In this document: positions 23,685 through 35,620 of the stretch, in pieces | Numbering within the stretch: the first letter of the stretch is position 1 | How the letters are laid out: every line of letters starts with the position of its first letter | NCBI GenBank assembly: GCA_000934665.2 | Contig: JYFJ02001380.1 | Location: 1-64,000, forward strand | Length of the DNA: 64,000 nt | Source of the DNA: Catajapyx aquilonaris | Lineage: Eukaryota | Direction: 5' to 3' | Position numbers and translations under genes: made by a program | Notes under the pieces: generated by a model | The model's input: the letters and a program-made list of their open reading frames with translations, nothing else | Databases searched by the model: none | What the model was told of the DNA's origin: nothing

Positions 23685-24860
23685 GATCGAACTGAACTAT
23701 TCCGATCGATTCCTACGTTTTATATGAGTATCACAGCCACATTTGGCGATTGTACTATTTGGCAGTGTCACAGCTAATATGGTACGTTTCTCATTAAAGA
23801 AATCCGAAATATTAATATGTTAATAAATTCACATTAAATTGCATTACAACTGTTGTTCGGAATTAATTATTTGCACGCTTTTGCCTAATTTTTCGTTCGG
23901 AAAATATTATATGAAGGATGCCAGGACTGGTTGTTATTTGAGCATCAAATTATGTCCGATGATTGTGACATATGACGGCCATATTATACCACTCTTGCTT
24001 TTTTCGGATTGCATTAAACTGCCTTCTTTGATCTATACGTCATATGATTACCTGCAAGTCCCTGTCTTCTGATATTTTTGTTACGCTTCTTGTCACACAG
24101 ACTATTATTTAAATGTGTATGGCATACATGGCCGTATCACTTCCTAATCACAAAAATAGATTCAGTGGAACTCATTCCATACCCATCTGAAATCACACAT
24201 TTGCATTGGATGGGAAATATTTTGCCCACCTCAACATACTTCATATAATTATTATAGTTGAGTCGGAGGTGAGGTGAAAATGAGTTTTTAAATATCAGGA
24301 ATAAACCAGTCTGTTATAACCGAAAGCTAGTCTACGTGTTTAACTAGGCCGTAAGTTATTGACAGACTCTATGGCCTATAATAAACAAGAGAAATAGAGA
24401 AATGACGAGTCGCGATTAGGTTATGACATAATGTGCTCAATAATGTCACAGGCCGATCGTTCTACTAGTTGAGATATCCTTCATGAATTTTAGGATTCAA
24501 TCACCAATTTCTAAAATGTTATTGTAATCGGTATTCTGTTTGGCAACAAGCGTGAGGGCTATGAGATTATATTTGGCAGGGGTCTCAATATTATTGATGA
24601 AATGAATTAAATGTTTAGCGACATGCCACCTTGCCAGGTGTTTCATTATTCTGATGTTGACAGACACTAACGTCTATGAAATTCACGAGATATGACGTCA
24701 TTCTTGACGAGTCATGATATAATAATGACAGTATGTGCGCAAAACTATCACGGGCCAAGGGTGTACAGTCCACACATTGAACAGAGGAAAACCAGACTCA
24801 TTTAATAACATTTCCAAATCATACACATTGTCTGGCTTTCAGTCAGTGAAGCTAAAAATA

Positions 24861-26741
24861 ATGCTCTGTCAAGCTGTGTTCATTTCTCAGATACTTTTGA
24901 GGGCAGTTTTTGCAGAAGTGACAGTGACTAGGAAATCCCAAGTTGAGATTGAACAAACTCTTTTGGCACAAGTAGTGTCTAGGATGAGCCAGGAGAACAC
25001 TCGACTGGTCAACTGCACTTTGGCCATCCTGCACGATGACCATGTCCTGGTCAATGGTCTGAAGAAACTAATCACTAGTGTGGACGTCCCAGTGGTCATT
25101 GGTTCACTGGAGGAGAATCCGAAGAATGTGAACGAGAGGGAATTGGTGATCCAGCAATCGGGGCAGTGCTTCTTGATTCTTGTTCACTCCAAACGTAACT
25201 TGCTTGACCAGCTGCTAGTCCGCCAATTTGCTAATGGCCTGAGACATGGGAAAATCACCCGCGACTTGATTGTCTACCACGTACGTGACAGATATACTAT
25301 TGAAGCTTTGAACAGGGAATCTGAACAATACAAATACAGAGTGGGTCTGGATAATTTGAGGGTAGAAAATGGGAAACTAACATTTCGGTTGATGTCCGCA
25401 TGCTACTTCTGCCAAAAAGGAAAGTACTCGGTCCAAGAACTGTCTACAGAGGCGCCATTTGAAGACTTATACAAAGACAACACAATGGATTTTGGCGGGA
25501 GGACAATTCACGTGCTGGGGACTCCAGATTTTTTTTTAAACCCCTACTTGCAACAATACCTGCATTACGTAACGATGATGTCACTGATGTACGAAACCCG
25601 TAAGACGTCCCTCTACACTCACGAACATGAAATCGATATATTAACATTAGATAACTCACAGACTTTCACCCACCCTTATCGAATGGAAAAGATGTTAATT
25701 CTCACTAAAAAACATCTTCCAACCATGACTTGGGCGGTGCTTCTCTGTCCCTTCACCTGGCAGGTGACACTTCCTTTCGTGACTGTGATATTGGTACTCA
25801 CCACACTGTTTTGCCATCTCTTAAAACCTGGTCAAAGCACTTCCAAGTATCACTTCAGTTTTCTCGCCATCCTTGCCCTGAAGGTGTACCCACCCCTTTT
25901 GTGCCAATCCATCAAAATCAGAGACTTGAGACCTGCTGCGACCTGGATCTTCTGCATGTACTTCTTCTTCTGTGTCCTGATGTGCAACTTCTTCACTTCC
26001 GATATGATCGGACTATTCATGGACAAAGCAGTTAAAAACGTGGATTCTCTGGATGATCTTGTGGACATGGGCTACAAGTGGGGAACAATTAAACAGCACA
26101 GGTCTTATTTCGATTCCTTTGCGAACGTGACCGAGATTGAATTGGAAAAAGTGATCGTCAATGGGATGGAATTCTTCGATATGGAGGACTACTATTACTA
26201 CAACTCCATGTTAGGATGCGTTAGGAGAGTAATCGTGGAGAAGTTTGCTTGCTTCGTACCAGAACGCATCTGGAGCGTGGTGAGCTTGGCACGGTATCAT
26301 TCTTCGGATGAATACCATATGAATCAGATTCATGCGGTACAAAGCGAACTACCACTCATGATGATGGGAATAGTCACTCAGGTACAGTACTCTGTTATTT
26401 ACGAATCTCTGCAGCGAGGTGTAATGAGATACATTGACTGCGGATTCCTTCATTTCGGCACGTACGTCATAATGCAACATTTCAAATATTTATTTCTGAT
26501 GATTTCATTCAAGGAACGAAAAATTTCATCCGATGGAAATAATTTAAAGGGACTCGAACTGCTCCATTTGAAGTCTCCATTTCTCGCCCTGTGTGTTGGA
26601 TTATCAGTGTCTTTGGCATGCTTTCTTTGCGAAGCTACAAACGCGATTGATCTTCATGCAATTCGTGCTAAACAATGCACGGCTGTTAATCGACACAAAT
26701 CATCAGAAAAGATATGCACGTCACACTCGTATACCGATTAG
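24861..26741 (+). CDS. Divergent IR (copy 4), full-length to M4; tail frameshifted before the terminal motif
   Basis: Same architecture as copy 1. The ATG at 24861 precedes a signal peptide (MLCQAVFISQILLRAVFA). Confidence 0.85.
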   Translation: MLCQAVFISQILLRAVFAEVTVTRKSQVEIEQTLLAQVVSRMSQENTRLVNCTLAILHDDHVLVNGLKKLITSVDVPVVIGSLEENPKNVNERELVIQQSGQCFLILVHSKRNLLDQLLVRQFANGLRHGKITRDLIVYHVRDRYTIEALNRESEQYKYRVGLDNLRVENGKLTFRLMSACYFCQKGKYSVQELSTEAPFEDLYKDNTMDFGGRTIHVLGTPDFFLNPYLQQYLHYVTMMSLMYETRKTSLYTHEHEIDILTLDNSQTFTHPYRMEKMLILTKKHLPTMTWAVLLCPFTWQVTLPFVTVILVLTTLFCHLLKPGQSTSKYHFSFLAILALKVYPPLLCQSIKIRDLRPAATWIFCMYFFFCVLMCNFFTSDMIGLFMDKAVKNVDSLDDLVDMGYKWGTIKQHRSYFDSFANVTEIELEKVIVNGMEFFDMEDYYYYNSMLGCVRRVIVEKFACFVPERIWSVVSLARYHSSDEYHMNQIHAVQSELPLMMMGIVTQVQYSVIYESLQRGVMRYIDCGFLHFGTYVIMQHFKYLFLMISFKERKISSDGNNLKGLELLHLKSPFLALCVGLSVSLACFLCEATNAIDLHAIRAKQCTAVNRHKSSEKICTSHSYTD

Positions 26742-27677
26742 ATGTACAGCGAACAGGAAAGAATCCCGAAACAAACCTGGTATTTACATTGTGATGGCTT
26801 ATAATAATTAAAAATGGAAAATCAATCGCAGAGTTTTTGGTACTCTCCATGGCCGAAGTAGTATAGGGACCATGTGAAATTGTAGCTAAATTATTGAGAC
26901 GTATAGTGATATGATACCCAGAATTTTGTGTAATAAATTTACGAGCTTATGCGTCCATCATGATGGAAGGATATCGACGAAACTAGCTGCTCTGACTACT
27001 ACAGTTCGGCCTTTGATTTAACATCAATAATTGTGAAAGGAATGGAAGCCATCTTGGACAGAAAAAGAGAATGCAAAGTAACTGTAAATTCCTGTAAATT
27101 ATGCAGGACCACAAAATAAAATCCTAATTTTCTTCTGTCTTTCCGTTGTTGCCTGAAACACCCAAAAAAGTATTAGTTTGATTCGCTTAGATGAGTGACA
27201 GATGCGAAAATCACAATTTATTTTTAATAAAAGAAAGATACGGGATTTCGGATCCGCGGGGGTTTCTTCTAGTTGCGAGTTCCTACATGAATTTTAGGAT
27301 TCAATTAATCACCAATAATTTCTAAAATGTTATTGTAATCGATATTCTGTTTGGCAACAAGCGTGAGGGGCTCTATGAGATTTCATTTGGCAGGGGACTC
27401 AATTATTGAAGAAGTGAATAAAATGTTTAGCGACATGCCACCATTGCTAGGTATTTTATTATTCTGATGTTGACAGACACTAACGCCTATGAAATTCACT
27501 CGATATGACGTCATTCTTGACGAGTCATGATAGAATAATGACAGTATGTGCGCAAAACTATCATTGGCCAACAACTGGGTAGTCCACACATTGAACAGGG
27601 CAAAACCAGACTCATTTAATAACATTTCCTGATCATAAACATTGTCTGGCTTTCAGTCAGTGAAGCTAATAATAATT

Positions 27678-30600
27678 ATGATCTGTCAAGCTGTGCTCAT
27701 TTATCACTTACTTTTCTGGACTGTTTTTGCCGAAGTGACAGTGACTACGAAATCCCAAGTTGAGATTGAACAAACGCTTTTGGCACAAGTTGTGTCCAGG
27801 ATGAGCCAGGAGAACACTCGACTGGTCAACTGCACCTTGGCCATCCTGCACGATGGACGAGTACTGGACAATGGTCTGGAGAAACTAATCACTAGTGTGG
27901 ACGTCCCGGTGGTGGTTGCTTCACTGGAGGAGAATCCGAAGAGTGTGAACCAAAGTGAATTGGTGATCCAGCAATCGGGGCAATGCTTCTTGAATCTTGT
28001 TCACTCCAGACGTAACTTGCTTGATCGGTTACTCGGAAAATTTGCTAATGCCCTGAGACATGGGAAAATCACCCGTGACTTGATTGTCTACCACTTACAT
28101 GACAGATATACTGTTGAAGCTTTGAACTGGGAATCTGAAAACTACAAGTACAGAGTGGGTCTGGATAATTTGAGGGTAGAAAATGGGAACCTAAAATTTC
28201 GGTTACTGTCAGCGTGCTACTTCTGCCAAAAAGGAAAATACTCGGTCGAAGAATTGTCTACAGAGGCGCCATTTGAAGACTTATACAAAGACAACATAGT
28301 GGATTTTGGCGGGAGGGCAATTCACGTGGGGACTCCAGATTATCTTTTAAACCACCTCTACATGGCGACGTACCTGCATTACGTAACGTTGACGTTACTA
28401 ACATACGAGACCCGTGAGACGTTCCTCTACACTCACGAATATGAAATCGATATATTAACATTAGATAACTCACAGACTTTCACCCATCCTTATCGAATAG
28501 ACAGGATGTTAATTGTCACTAAAAAACATTCTCCAACCATGACTTGGGCGGTTCTTCTCTGTCCCTTCACCTGGCGGGTAACACTTCCTTTCGTGACTCT
28601 GATATTGGTAATCACCGCAGTGTTTTGCCTTCTCTTAAAACCAGACCAAAGCACTTCCAAGTATCACTTCAGTTTCGTCACCATCCTTGCCCTGAAGGTG
28701 TACCCACCCCTTTTGTGCCAGTCCATCGATATGAAAGACTTGAGACCTGCCGCGACCTGGATATTCTGCATGTATTTCTTCTTCTGTGTCCTGATGTGCA
28801 ACTTCTTCACTGCAGACATGATCGGACTATTTATGGACAAAACAGTTAAAAACGTGGATTCTCTGGAGGATCTTGTGGACATGGGCTACAAATGGGGAGC
28901 AATTAAACAACACATGTCTTATTTTGATTCCTTGGCGAACGTGACCGAGATTGAAATGGAAAAAGTGATCGTCAATGGCATGGAATACATCGATATGGAG
29001 GACTATTATTACCACGTCTCCATGTTAAAAGAATGCGTCAGGAGATTAATGGTGGAGAAGTTTGCTTGCTTCGTACCAGAACGCATGTGGAGCGTGGTGA
29101 GCCTGACACAGTATCATTCTTCGGATGAATATCGTATTGATCAGATTCACGCGGTACAAAGCGAACTACCACTCGTGATGATTGGAATGGTCACTAAGGT
29201 ACAGTACTCGGTAATTTACGAATCTCTGCAACTAGTCCGGGCCCTAAGCGCAAAAATCAGGCCTAACCTTGCATTTTGTGATAAGAAGGTGCCACTTGGC
29301 ACATATGTTCCTTAGGCCTATAGGAGCAATTCCAGAGTTGCAGGCAACTGATCGGCCCCTTAGGTCACGAGTTATGCGGTGTTGCCAACATGGCCTGGGA
29401 TGACCTGAGCGTTTTTAACGTTGCATTTTGTGATAAGAAGGTGCCGCTTGGCACATATGTTCCCTAGGTCTGTAGGAGTCGTTTGAGAGATGGCGGCACT
29501 TGATCGGCTCCTTAGGTCAGGAGTTATGCGGTGTTGCCAACCTGGTCCTGGACCTAAGCGTTTTGTACCATTTTTAACTTTGCATTTTGGGATAAGAAGG
29601 TGCCACTTGGCACATATGTTCCTTAGGCCCATAGGAGCAATTTCAGAGTTGCAGGCAACTGATCGGGCCCTTAGGTCACGAGTTATGCGGTGTTGCCAAC
29701 CTGATCAGGGAACTAAGCGTTTTAACTCGGCACTTTGTGATGAGAAGGTGCCACTTGGCAGACATGTTCCCTAGGTGTATAGGATCCATTTGAGAGATGG
29801 CGGCACTTGATCCGCTCCTTAGGTCACGAGTTTTGCGGTGTTGCCAACCTGGTCCGGAACCTAAGCATAACCGCATAACTCGTGATCTAAGGGGCAGATC
29901 AGGTGCCACCAACTCTCAAATGGAACCTCTAGGCCTGGGGAACATTCTTGTAAAAATCCCAATATTCAAAGTTAAAAATGGTTCAAAACGCTTAGGTCCA
30001 GGACCAGGTTGGCAACACCGCATAACTTCTGACCTAAGGAGCCGATCAAGTGCCGCCATGTCTCAAACGACTCCTACAGGCCTAGGGAACATATGTGCCA
30101 AGCGGCACCTTCTTATCACAAAATGCAACGTTAAAAACGCTCAGGTCATCCCCGGCCATGTTGGCAACACCGCATAACTCGTGACCTAAGGGGCCGATCA
30201 GTTGCCTGCAACTCTGGAATTGCTCCTATAGGCCTAAGGAACATATGTGCCAAGTGGCACCTTCTTATCACAAAATGCAAGGTTAAGACGCTTAGGGCCC
30301 GGACTAAACGAGGTGTGATGAGATACATTGACTGCGGAATACTTCATTACTACACATACGTCATAATCCAACTTTTCAAATATATATATATTTGCTGAAA
30401 GAACGAAAAATTTCCTCCGATGGAAATAATTTAAAAGGACTCGAACTGCTCCATTTGAAGTCACCATTTCTCGCCCTGTGTGTTGGATTATCAGTGTCTT
30501 TGGCATGCTTCCTATACGAAGCTACAAGAGTGATTGATCTTCGTGCAATTAGTGCTAAACAATGCACGCCTGTTAATCGACATTCTATCGACAAATCACT

Positions 30601-30688
30601 AGAAATGATAGGCGTGTCACACTCGCACCGATTAGATCCACAGCGAACAGCAAAGAATCCCGAAACAAACCTAGTATTTACATTGTGA
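27678..30688 (+). pseudogene. IR copy 5, interrupted by a 1.07-kb foldback element and a +2 (TA) frameshift at ~30385
   Basis: The conserved ESLQRGVMRYID is split at 29232/30307 and the C-terminus resumes in ORF 30392..30688. Confidence 0.9.
29233..30306. mobile_element. Non-autonomous foldback-type DNA transposon with ~340-bp inverted arms made of ~150-bp subunits; 3-bp TSD AAC
   Basis: AAC|TAGTCCGGGCCCTAAGCG ... CGCTTAGGGCCCGGACTA|AAC. Paralogues show the empty site gaatctctgcaacgaggtgtg. No transposase ORF. Confidence 0.92.
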
Positions 30689-31074
30689 TGGCTTATGATA
30701 ATTAAAATGGAAAATGGATATTTGCATCGGGAATGTACAGACATACGTTCGTTTTGATGTTTACATAAATGTACTATCGAATGCCATGATTTATGTAATT
30801 ATATCATACATCACTCCTGTGGGAATGGGTCAATAAAATGTTTCTCAACATGCACCCATGCTATGCATTTCATTATTCATCCACTGACAGACACTAAGTC
30901 TTGAGAAATCAAGGATATGTGGGGAAATCATCTATCTAATATTCTTCACGAGTCGTGATGTAATGATGACTGCATGTGCGCAAGACTGTCACGAACCAAG
31001 TGGGCAGTCCACACCTTGAGCTAACTCATATTGGGATGTACTTTGTGGAACTCGCAGTCTATCCAGCCATAAAT

Positions 31075-33000
31075 ATGTGCTGGAAAGGTGTATTCGTTAC
31101 ATCTTTCCTTTTGTGGACAATTTCCGCCGAATGGACAATGACTACAAAATCTGAGGATGAAAGTGAAGAGACACTCTTGGCACAAGTAGTGTCCAGGATG
31201 AGCCAGGAGAACACTCGACTGGTCAACTGCACCTTGGCCATCCTGCACGATGGACGAGTACTGGACAATGGTCTGGAGAAACTAATCACTAGTGTGGACG
31301 TCCCAGTGGTGGTTGCTTCACTGGAGGAGAATCCGAAGAGTGTGAACCAAAGTGAATTGGTGATCCAGCAATCTGGGCAGTGCTTCTTGATTCTTGTTCA
31401 CTCCAAATACGAATATTTTCGTGCGTTACTTGAACAATTTGATGACTCACTGAGAAAATGGAAAGTAACTCGTGACTATATCGTTTTCCACATTAGTGAC
31501 GGCTATCTTCGTAAAGCTATAGGATGGGAATCCGGGGAATCCAAGTACAGAGTGGGTGTCGACAATTTGAAGATGGACAATGGCAATCTGACATTTCGGT
31601 TGCTGTCAGCGTGCTACTTCTGCCAGGAAGGAAAATACTCCGTCAAAGAATCGCATAATGTCACTTCCTTTCAGAACTTGTTTGTTGACTACACGGTGGA
31701 CTTTCAGGGGAGAGTCATTCACGTGGATAATACAGAAGATGATTTGAACTCCTACATGGAGAAATACCTGAATTATGTATCGGAAGAAAACGATGATGCA
31801 TATGAAGAGGACCTATACGCTCACTGCCAAAGTGAAGCAATACTGGTTAATTACGCTATAACTTACACACACCCTTATCGAATGGAAGGCATGATGATTG
31901 TTACCAAGCAAATCACACCAACCATGACTTGGGCTGTGCTTCTCTTTCCTTTTTCTTGGCAGGTGACAATTCCTTTCGTGACCCTGATATTGATAATCAC
32001 CGTAGTGTTTTGCCACCTCTCCAAACCAGGCCAAAGGTCCTCTACGTATCACTCCAGTTTTGTCACCGTCCTTGCTCTTAAGATGTACCCACCCCTTTTG
32101 TGCCAGTCCATCGAAATGAAAGACTTGAAACCTGCTGCGACCTGGATCTTCTGCATGTATTTCTTCTTCTGTCTCCTGATGTCAAACTTCTTCACTGCAG
32201 ACATGATCGGAATGTTCATGGACAAATCAATTAAAAATGTTGACACTCTGAGGGATCTTGTGGACATGGGATACAAGTGGGGAGCAGCCGAGAGCGACTC
32301 ATTTTACTTCGATGAATTCGTCAATGTCACTGAAATTGAAGTGGAAAAAATCATTGCCAATGGGATCGAGTACTATGACATCGAGGATTATGATGACTTC
32401 ATTGAAGAATGCCTTGGGAGAGCAATGGTGGAGAAGTTTGCTTGCTTCGTATATGAAGGACTTTTAGACGCTTACATTGCATTAGAAAACATTGATGGAT
32501 CTCAAATAAGATTTCCCCCTGATCAGCTTCATATGGTCCGAAGTTCACTTCCGATTTGGATGTGCGGAATATCTCCCCGAATAGATTACTCGGTCACATT
32601 CGAATCTCTGCAACGAGGTGTGATGAGATACATTGACTTCGGAATATTTCAATACGACTACGATCTCAAGTACAAGCGGTACCTGGAAGTCCAGCAGATG
32701 GCTTGGTTCAAAGAGGAAAATAATACTTCTGAAGAAAGTTCTGCAATTTTCCTGCAACTGCCTCACTTGCAATCGCCATTTCACGCCCTTTGTTTCGGAT
32801 TGTGTCTGTCATTTGCTTGTTTTCTCTGCGAAACTACATATCTGCTGGGTTTCCGTTCGATTTTCGATAAGCGTCACGGGCCTGCTAATTTGAAGGTACA
32901 CACCAAAAAATTAACAGCCATCGTGCCAGAAGACCTGAATAGATACAACACGCAGTGTGGTCCAATAAATCCGGACACAAACTTGATATTCGCACTGTGA
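31075..33000 (+). CDS. Divergent IR (copy 6), intact, 641 aa
   Basis: Full architecture, ending NPDTNLIFAL. The ATG at 31075 is positionally equivalent to those of its paralogues. Confidence 0.85.
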   Translation: MCWKGVFVTSFLLWTISAEWTMTTKSEDESEETLLAQVVSRMSQENTRLVNCTLAILHDGRVLDNGLEKLITSVDVPVVVASLEENPKSVNQSELVIQQSGQCFLILVHSKYEYFRALLEQFDDSLRKWKVTRDYIVFHISDGYLRKAIGWESGESKYRVGVDNLKMDNGNLTFRLLSACYFCQEGKYSVKESHNVTSFQNLFVDYTVDFQGRVIHVDNTEDDLNSYMEKYLNYVSEENDDAYEEDLYAHCQSEAILVNYAITYTHPYRMEGMMIVTKQITPTMTWAVLLFPFSWQVTIPFVTLILIITVVFCHLSKPGQRSSTYHSSFVTVLALKMYPPLLCQSIEMKDLKPAATWIFCMYFFFCLLMSNFFTADMIGMFMDKSIKNVDTLRDLVDMGYKWGAAESDSFYFDEFVNVTEIEVEKIIANGIEYYDIEDYDDFIEECLGRAMVEKFACFVYEGLLDAYIALENIDGSQIRFPPDQLHMVRSSLPIWMCGISPRIDYSVTFESLQRGVMRYIDFGIFQYDYDLKYKRYLEVQQMAWFKEENNTSEESSAIFLQLPHLQSPFHALCFGLCLSFACFLCETTYLLGFRSIFDKRHGPANLKVHTKKLTAIVPEDLNRYNTQCGPINPDTNLIFAL

Positions 33001-33703
33001 TGTTATGTTCACATATTTTTTAGCGCTTGAGTTTTCCGAAACAGTCACACCTATTTTCTCAGGTGTCACACTATTTATTCAGCCAGTCAATAAGATGTTT
33101 ACCTACATGCACCCGGGCTAGGTGTTTCACTATTCTGATTGTCAACAGACTCTATCGCCTAGTAAACAAGGGAAATGGCGAAATGACGAGTCGCAATGTC
33201 GTAATGACAATGCGCTTAATAATGTCACAATACCGGATGCTCGGTCCGCAGCTTCACCAGAACTTAACCTGACTCACTTAGAACCACTTGCGGTTCGTAA
33301 ATATTATTATTGAAAATTTTAAGATTAAATCATCAATTATTTCTAAAATGTTATTGTGATCAGCAATCTGTTTGGCAACAAGCGTGAGGGCTATGAGATT
33401 TCATCTGGCAAGGGAGTCAATTATTATTGAAGAAATGAATTAAATGTTTAGCGACATGCCACCTTGCTAGGTGTTTTATTATTCGGATGTTGACAGACAC
33501 TAACGCCTAAGAAATTCACGGGATATGGCGTAATCCAAAGATTCTTGACGAGTCGTGATATAATAATGACAGTACGTGGCGCAAAACTATCACGGGCCAA
33601 CGGTGTACAGTCCACACCTTGGGCAGAGTAAAACCATACTCATTTAATAACATTTCCTGATCATAAACATTGTCTGGCTTTCAGTCAGTGAAGCTAAAAA
33701 ATA

Positions 33704-35620
33704 ATGCTATGTCAAGATGGGCTCATTTCTGATTTACTTTTGTGGACAGTCATTGCCGAAGTGACAGTGACTACGAAATCCCAAGTGGAGATTGAACAAA
33801 CTCTTTTGGCACAAGTAGTGTACAGGATGAGCCAGGAGAACACTCGACTGGTCAACTGCACCTTGTCCATCCTGCACGATGGACGAGTACTGGACAATGG
33901 TCTGGAGAAACCAATCACTAGTGTGGACGTCCCAGTGGTGGTTGCTTCACTGGAGGAGAATCCGAAGAGTGTGGACGAAAGTGAATTGGTGATCCAGCAA
34001 TCGGGGCAGTGCTTCTTGATTCTTGTTCACTCCAAATACGAATATTTTCGTGCTTTACTTGAACTATTATTTTATTCACTGAGAAAGCGAAAAATAACTC
34101 GCGATTATATCGTTTCCCACATTAGTGACGGGTATCTTCATGAAGCATTAGAATGGGAATCTCCTCAATACAAGCACAGAGTGGGTGTGGACAATTTGAA
34201 GATGGAAAATGGCAATCTGACATTTCGGTTGCTGTCAGCGTGCTACTTCTGCCAGGAAGGAAACTATTCCGTCAAAGAATCGCATGATGTCACTTCATTT
34301 GAAAACTTGTTTATTGATGCAACAATGGACTTTCGTGGAAGAGCCATTCACTTGTTTGGGGAAGACTATTGGTTGAACCGCTATTTGGAGAAATACTTGC
34401 ATTATGTAAAGGGAGACAACCGTGCGGCATATCAGGACGACCCGTACGCCCACAGCCAAGGTGCAGTAATACTGGTTGGCCTTCACACTTACACACATCC
34501 TTACAAAAGGCAATGCATGATGATGGTTACGAAGAAAATCACAGCAACCATGACTTGGGCTGTGCTTCTCTTTCCCTTCAGTTGGCAGGTGACACTGCCT
34601 TTCATAACATTGATACTGGTAATCACCACAATGCTTTGCCATCTCTTGAAGCCAGGTCAAAGCACTTTTGCATATCACTTCAATTATGTCATCATCCTTG
34701 CCCTGAAGGTGTACCCACCCCTTTTATGTCAATCCATCGAAATGAAAGACTTGAGACCTGCTGCGACCTGGATATTCTGCATGTACTCCTTCTTCTGCGT
34801 CCTGATGTCCAACTTCTTCACTGCAGACATGGTCGGACTGTTAATGAAACGGCCTGCAAAAAATGTTGACACTCTGACTGATCTTGTGGACATGGGCTAC
34901 AAGTGGGGTGCAGAGAAGAGCGATGCTTTTTACTTCGATCAATTTGTCAATGTCACTGAAATTGAAGTGGAAAAAGTAATCGCCAATGGGATCGACTACT
35001 ACGAAAAGGAAGATTATGACGACTTCTTTGAAGAATGCCTTGGGACAGCAATGGTGGAGAAGTTTGCTTGCTTTGTGTATGGAGGATATCTGGACTATTA
35101 TCTGCTATATAGAAATATTCATCGATCTAAAATCAGATCCCCTGATCAACTTCATATGGTCCGAAGTTCACTGCCGCTTTGGATGGGCGGAATATCTCCC
35201 CGAATAGATTACTCGGTCACATTCGAATCTCTTCAACGAGGTGTGATGAGATACATTGACTTCGGATTCCGTCATTGCGACTACGATCTCACGTACAAGC
35301 GGTTCATAGAAGTCCAGAAGATGTCTTTATTCAAGGAGGATAATACTGCGTATGTTGAGAATTCTCCCATAGCCCTCCGTCTGCCTCACTTGAAGTCACC
35401 ATTTCACGCCCTCTGTTTCGGATTGTGTCTGTCATTGTCTTGTTTTCTCTGCGAAACTACAAATCTGCTTTCTTTCCTTCCAATTGTCGCTAAACGACAC
35501 GGCCATGCTAAACGGCAGGTGCGCAACAAAGTAACAGTCATCGTACCGAAAGATCCGAATAGAGCCAATTTTCACACTGTGCGAGTCAATCCGGACACAA
35601 ACCTGGTTTTCACACTGTGA
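33704..35620 (+). CDS. Divergent IR (copy 7), intact, 638 aa, mosaic
   Basis: Full architecture, ending NPDTNLVFTL. Confidence 0.87.
   Translation: MLCQDGLISDLLLWTVIAEVTVTTKSQVEIEQTLLAQVVYRMSQENTRLVNCTLSILHDGRVLDNGLEKPITSVDVPVVVASLEENPKSVDESELVIQQSGQCFLILVHSKYEYFRALLELLFYSLRKRKITRDYIVSHISDGYLHEALEWESPQYKHRVGVDNLKMENGNLTFRLLSACYFCQEGNYSVKESHDVTSFENLFIDATMDFRGRAIHLFGEDYWLNRYLEKYLHYVKGDNRAAYQDDPYAHSQGAVILVGLHTYTHPYKRQCMMMVTKKITATMTWAVLLFPFSWQVTLPFITLILVITTMLCHLLKPGQSTFAYHFNYVIILALKVYPPLLCQSIEMKDLRPAATWIFCMYSFFCVLMSNFFTADMVGLLMKRPAKNVDTLTDLVDMGYKWGAEKSDAFYFDQFVNVTEIEVEKVIANGIDYYEKEDYDDFFEECLGTAMVEKFACFVYGGYLDYYLLYRNIHRSKIRSPDQLHMVRSSLPLWMGGISPRIDYSVTFESLQRGVMRYIDFGFRHCDYDLTYKRFIEVQKMSLFKEDNTAYVENSPIALRLPHLKSPFHALCFGLCLSLSCFLCETTNLLSFLPIVAKRHGHAKRQVRNKVTVIVPKDPNRANFHTVRVNPDTNLVFTL

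Larger units (their letters stand above)
27290..34030 (+). repeat. Multi-gene segmental duplication unit; partner at ~38060-43750
   Basis: Copy 5 resembles copy 38427; intergenic 30690-31075 resembles 40360-40797; copy 6 resembles copy 40797; intergenic 33001-33704 resembles 42721-43419. Confidence 0.85.

Noticed and set aside
29372..30328. ORFs inside the foldback element; CRISPR-like appearance of the ~150-bp units
   Set aside because: These are translations of repeat subunits with no transposase motifs. There are no unique spacers or cas genes, and the context is eukaryotic.
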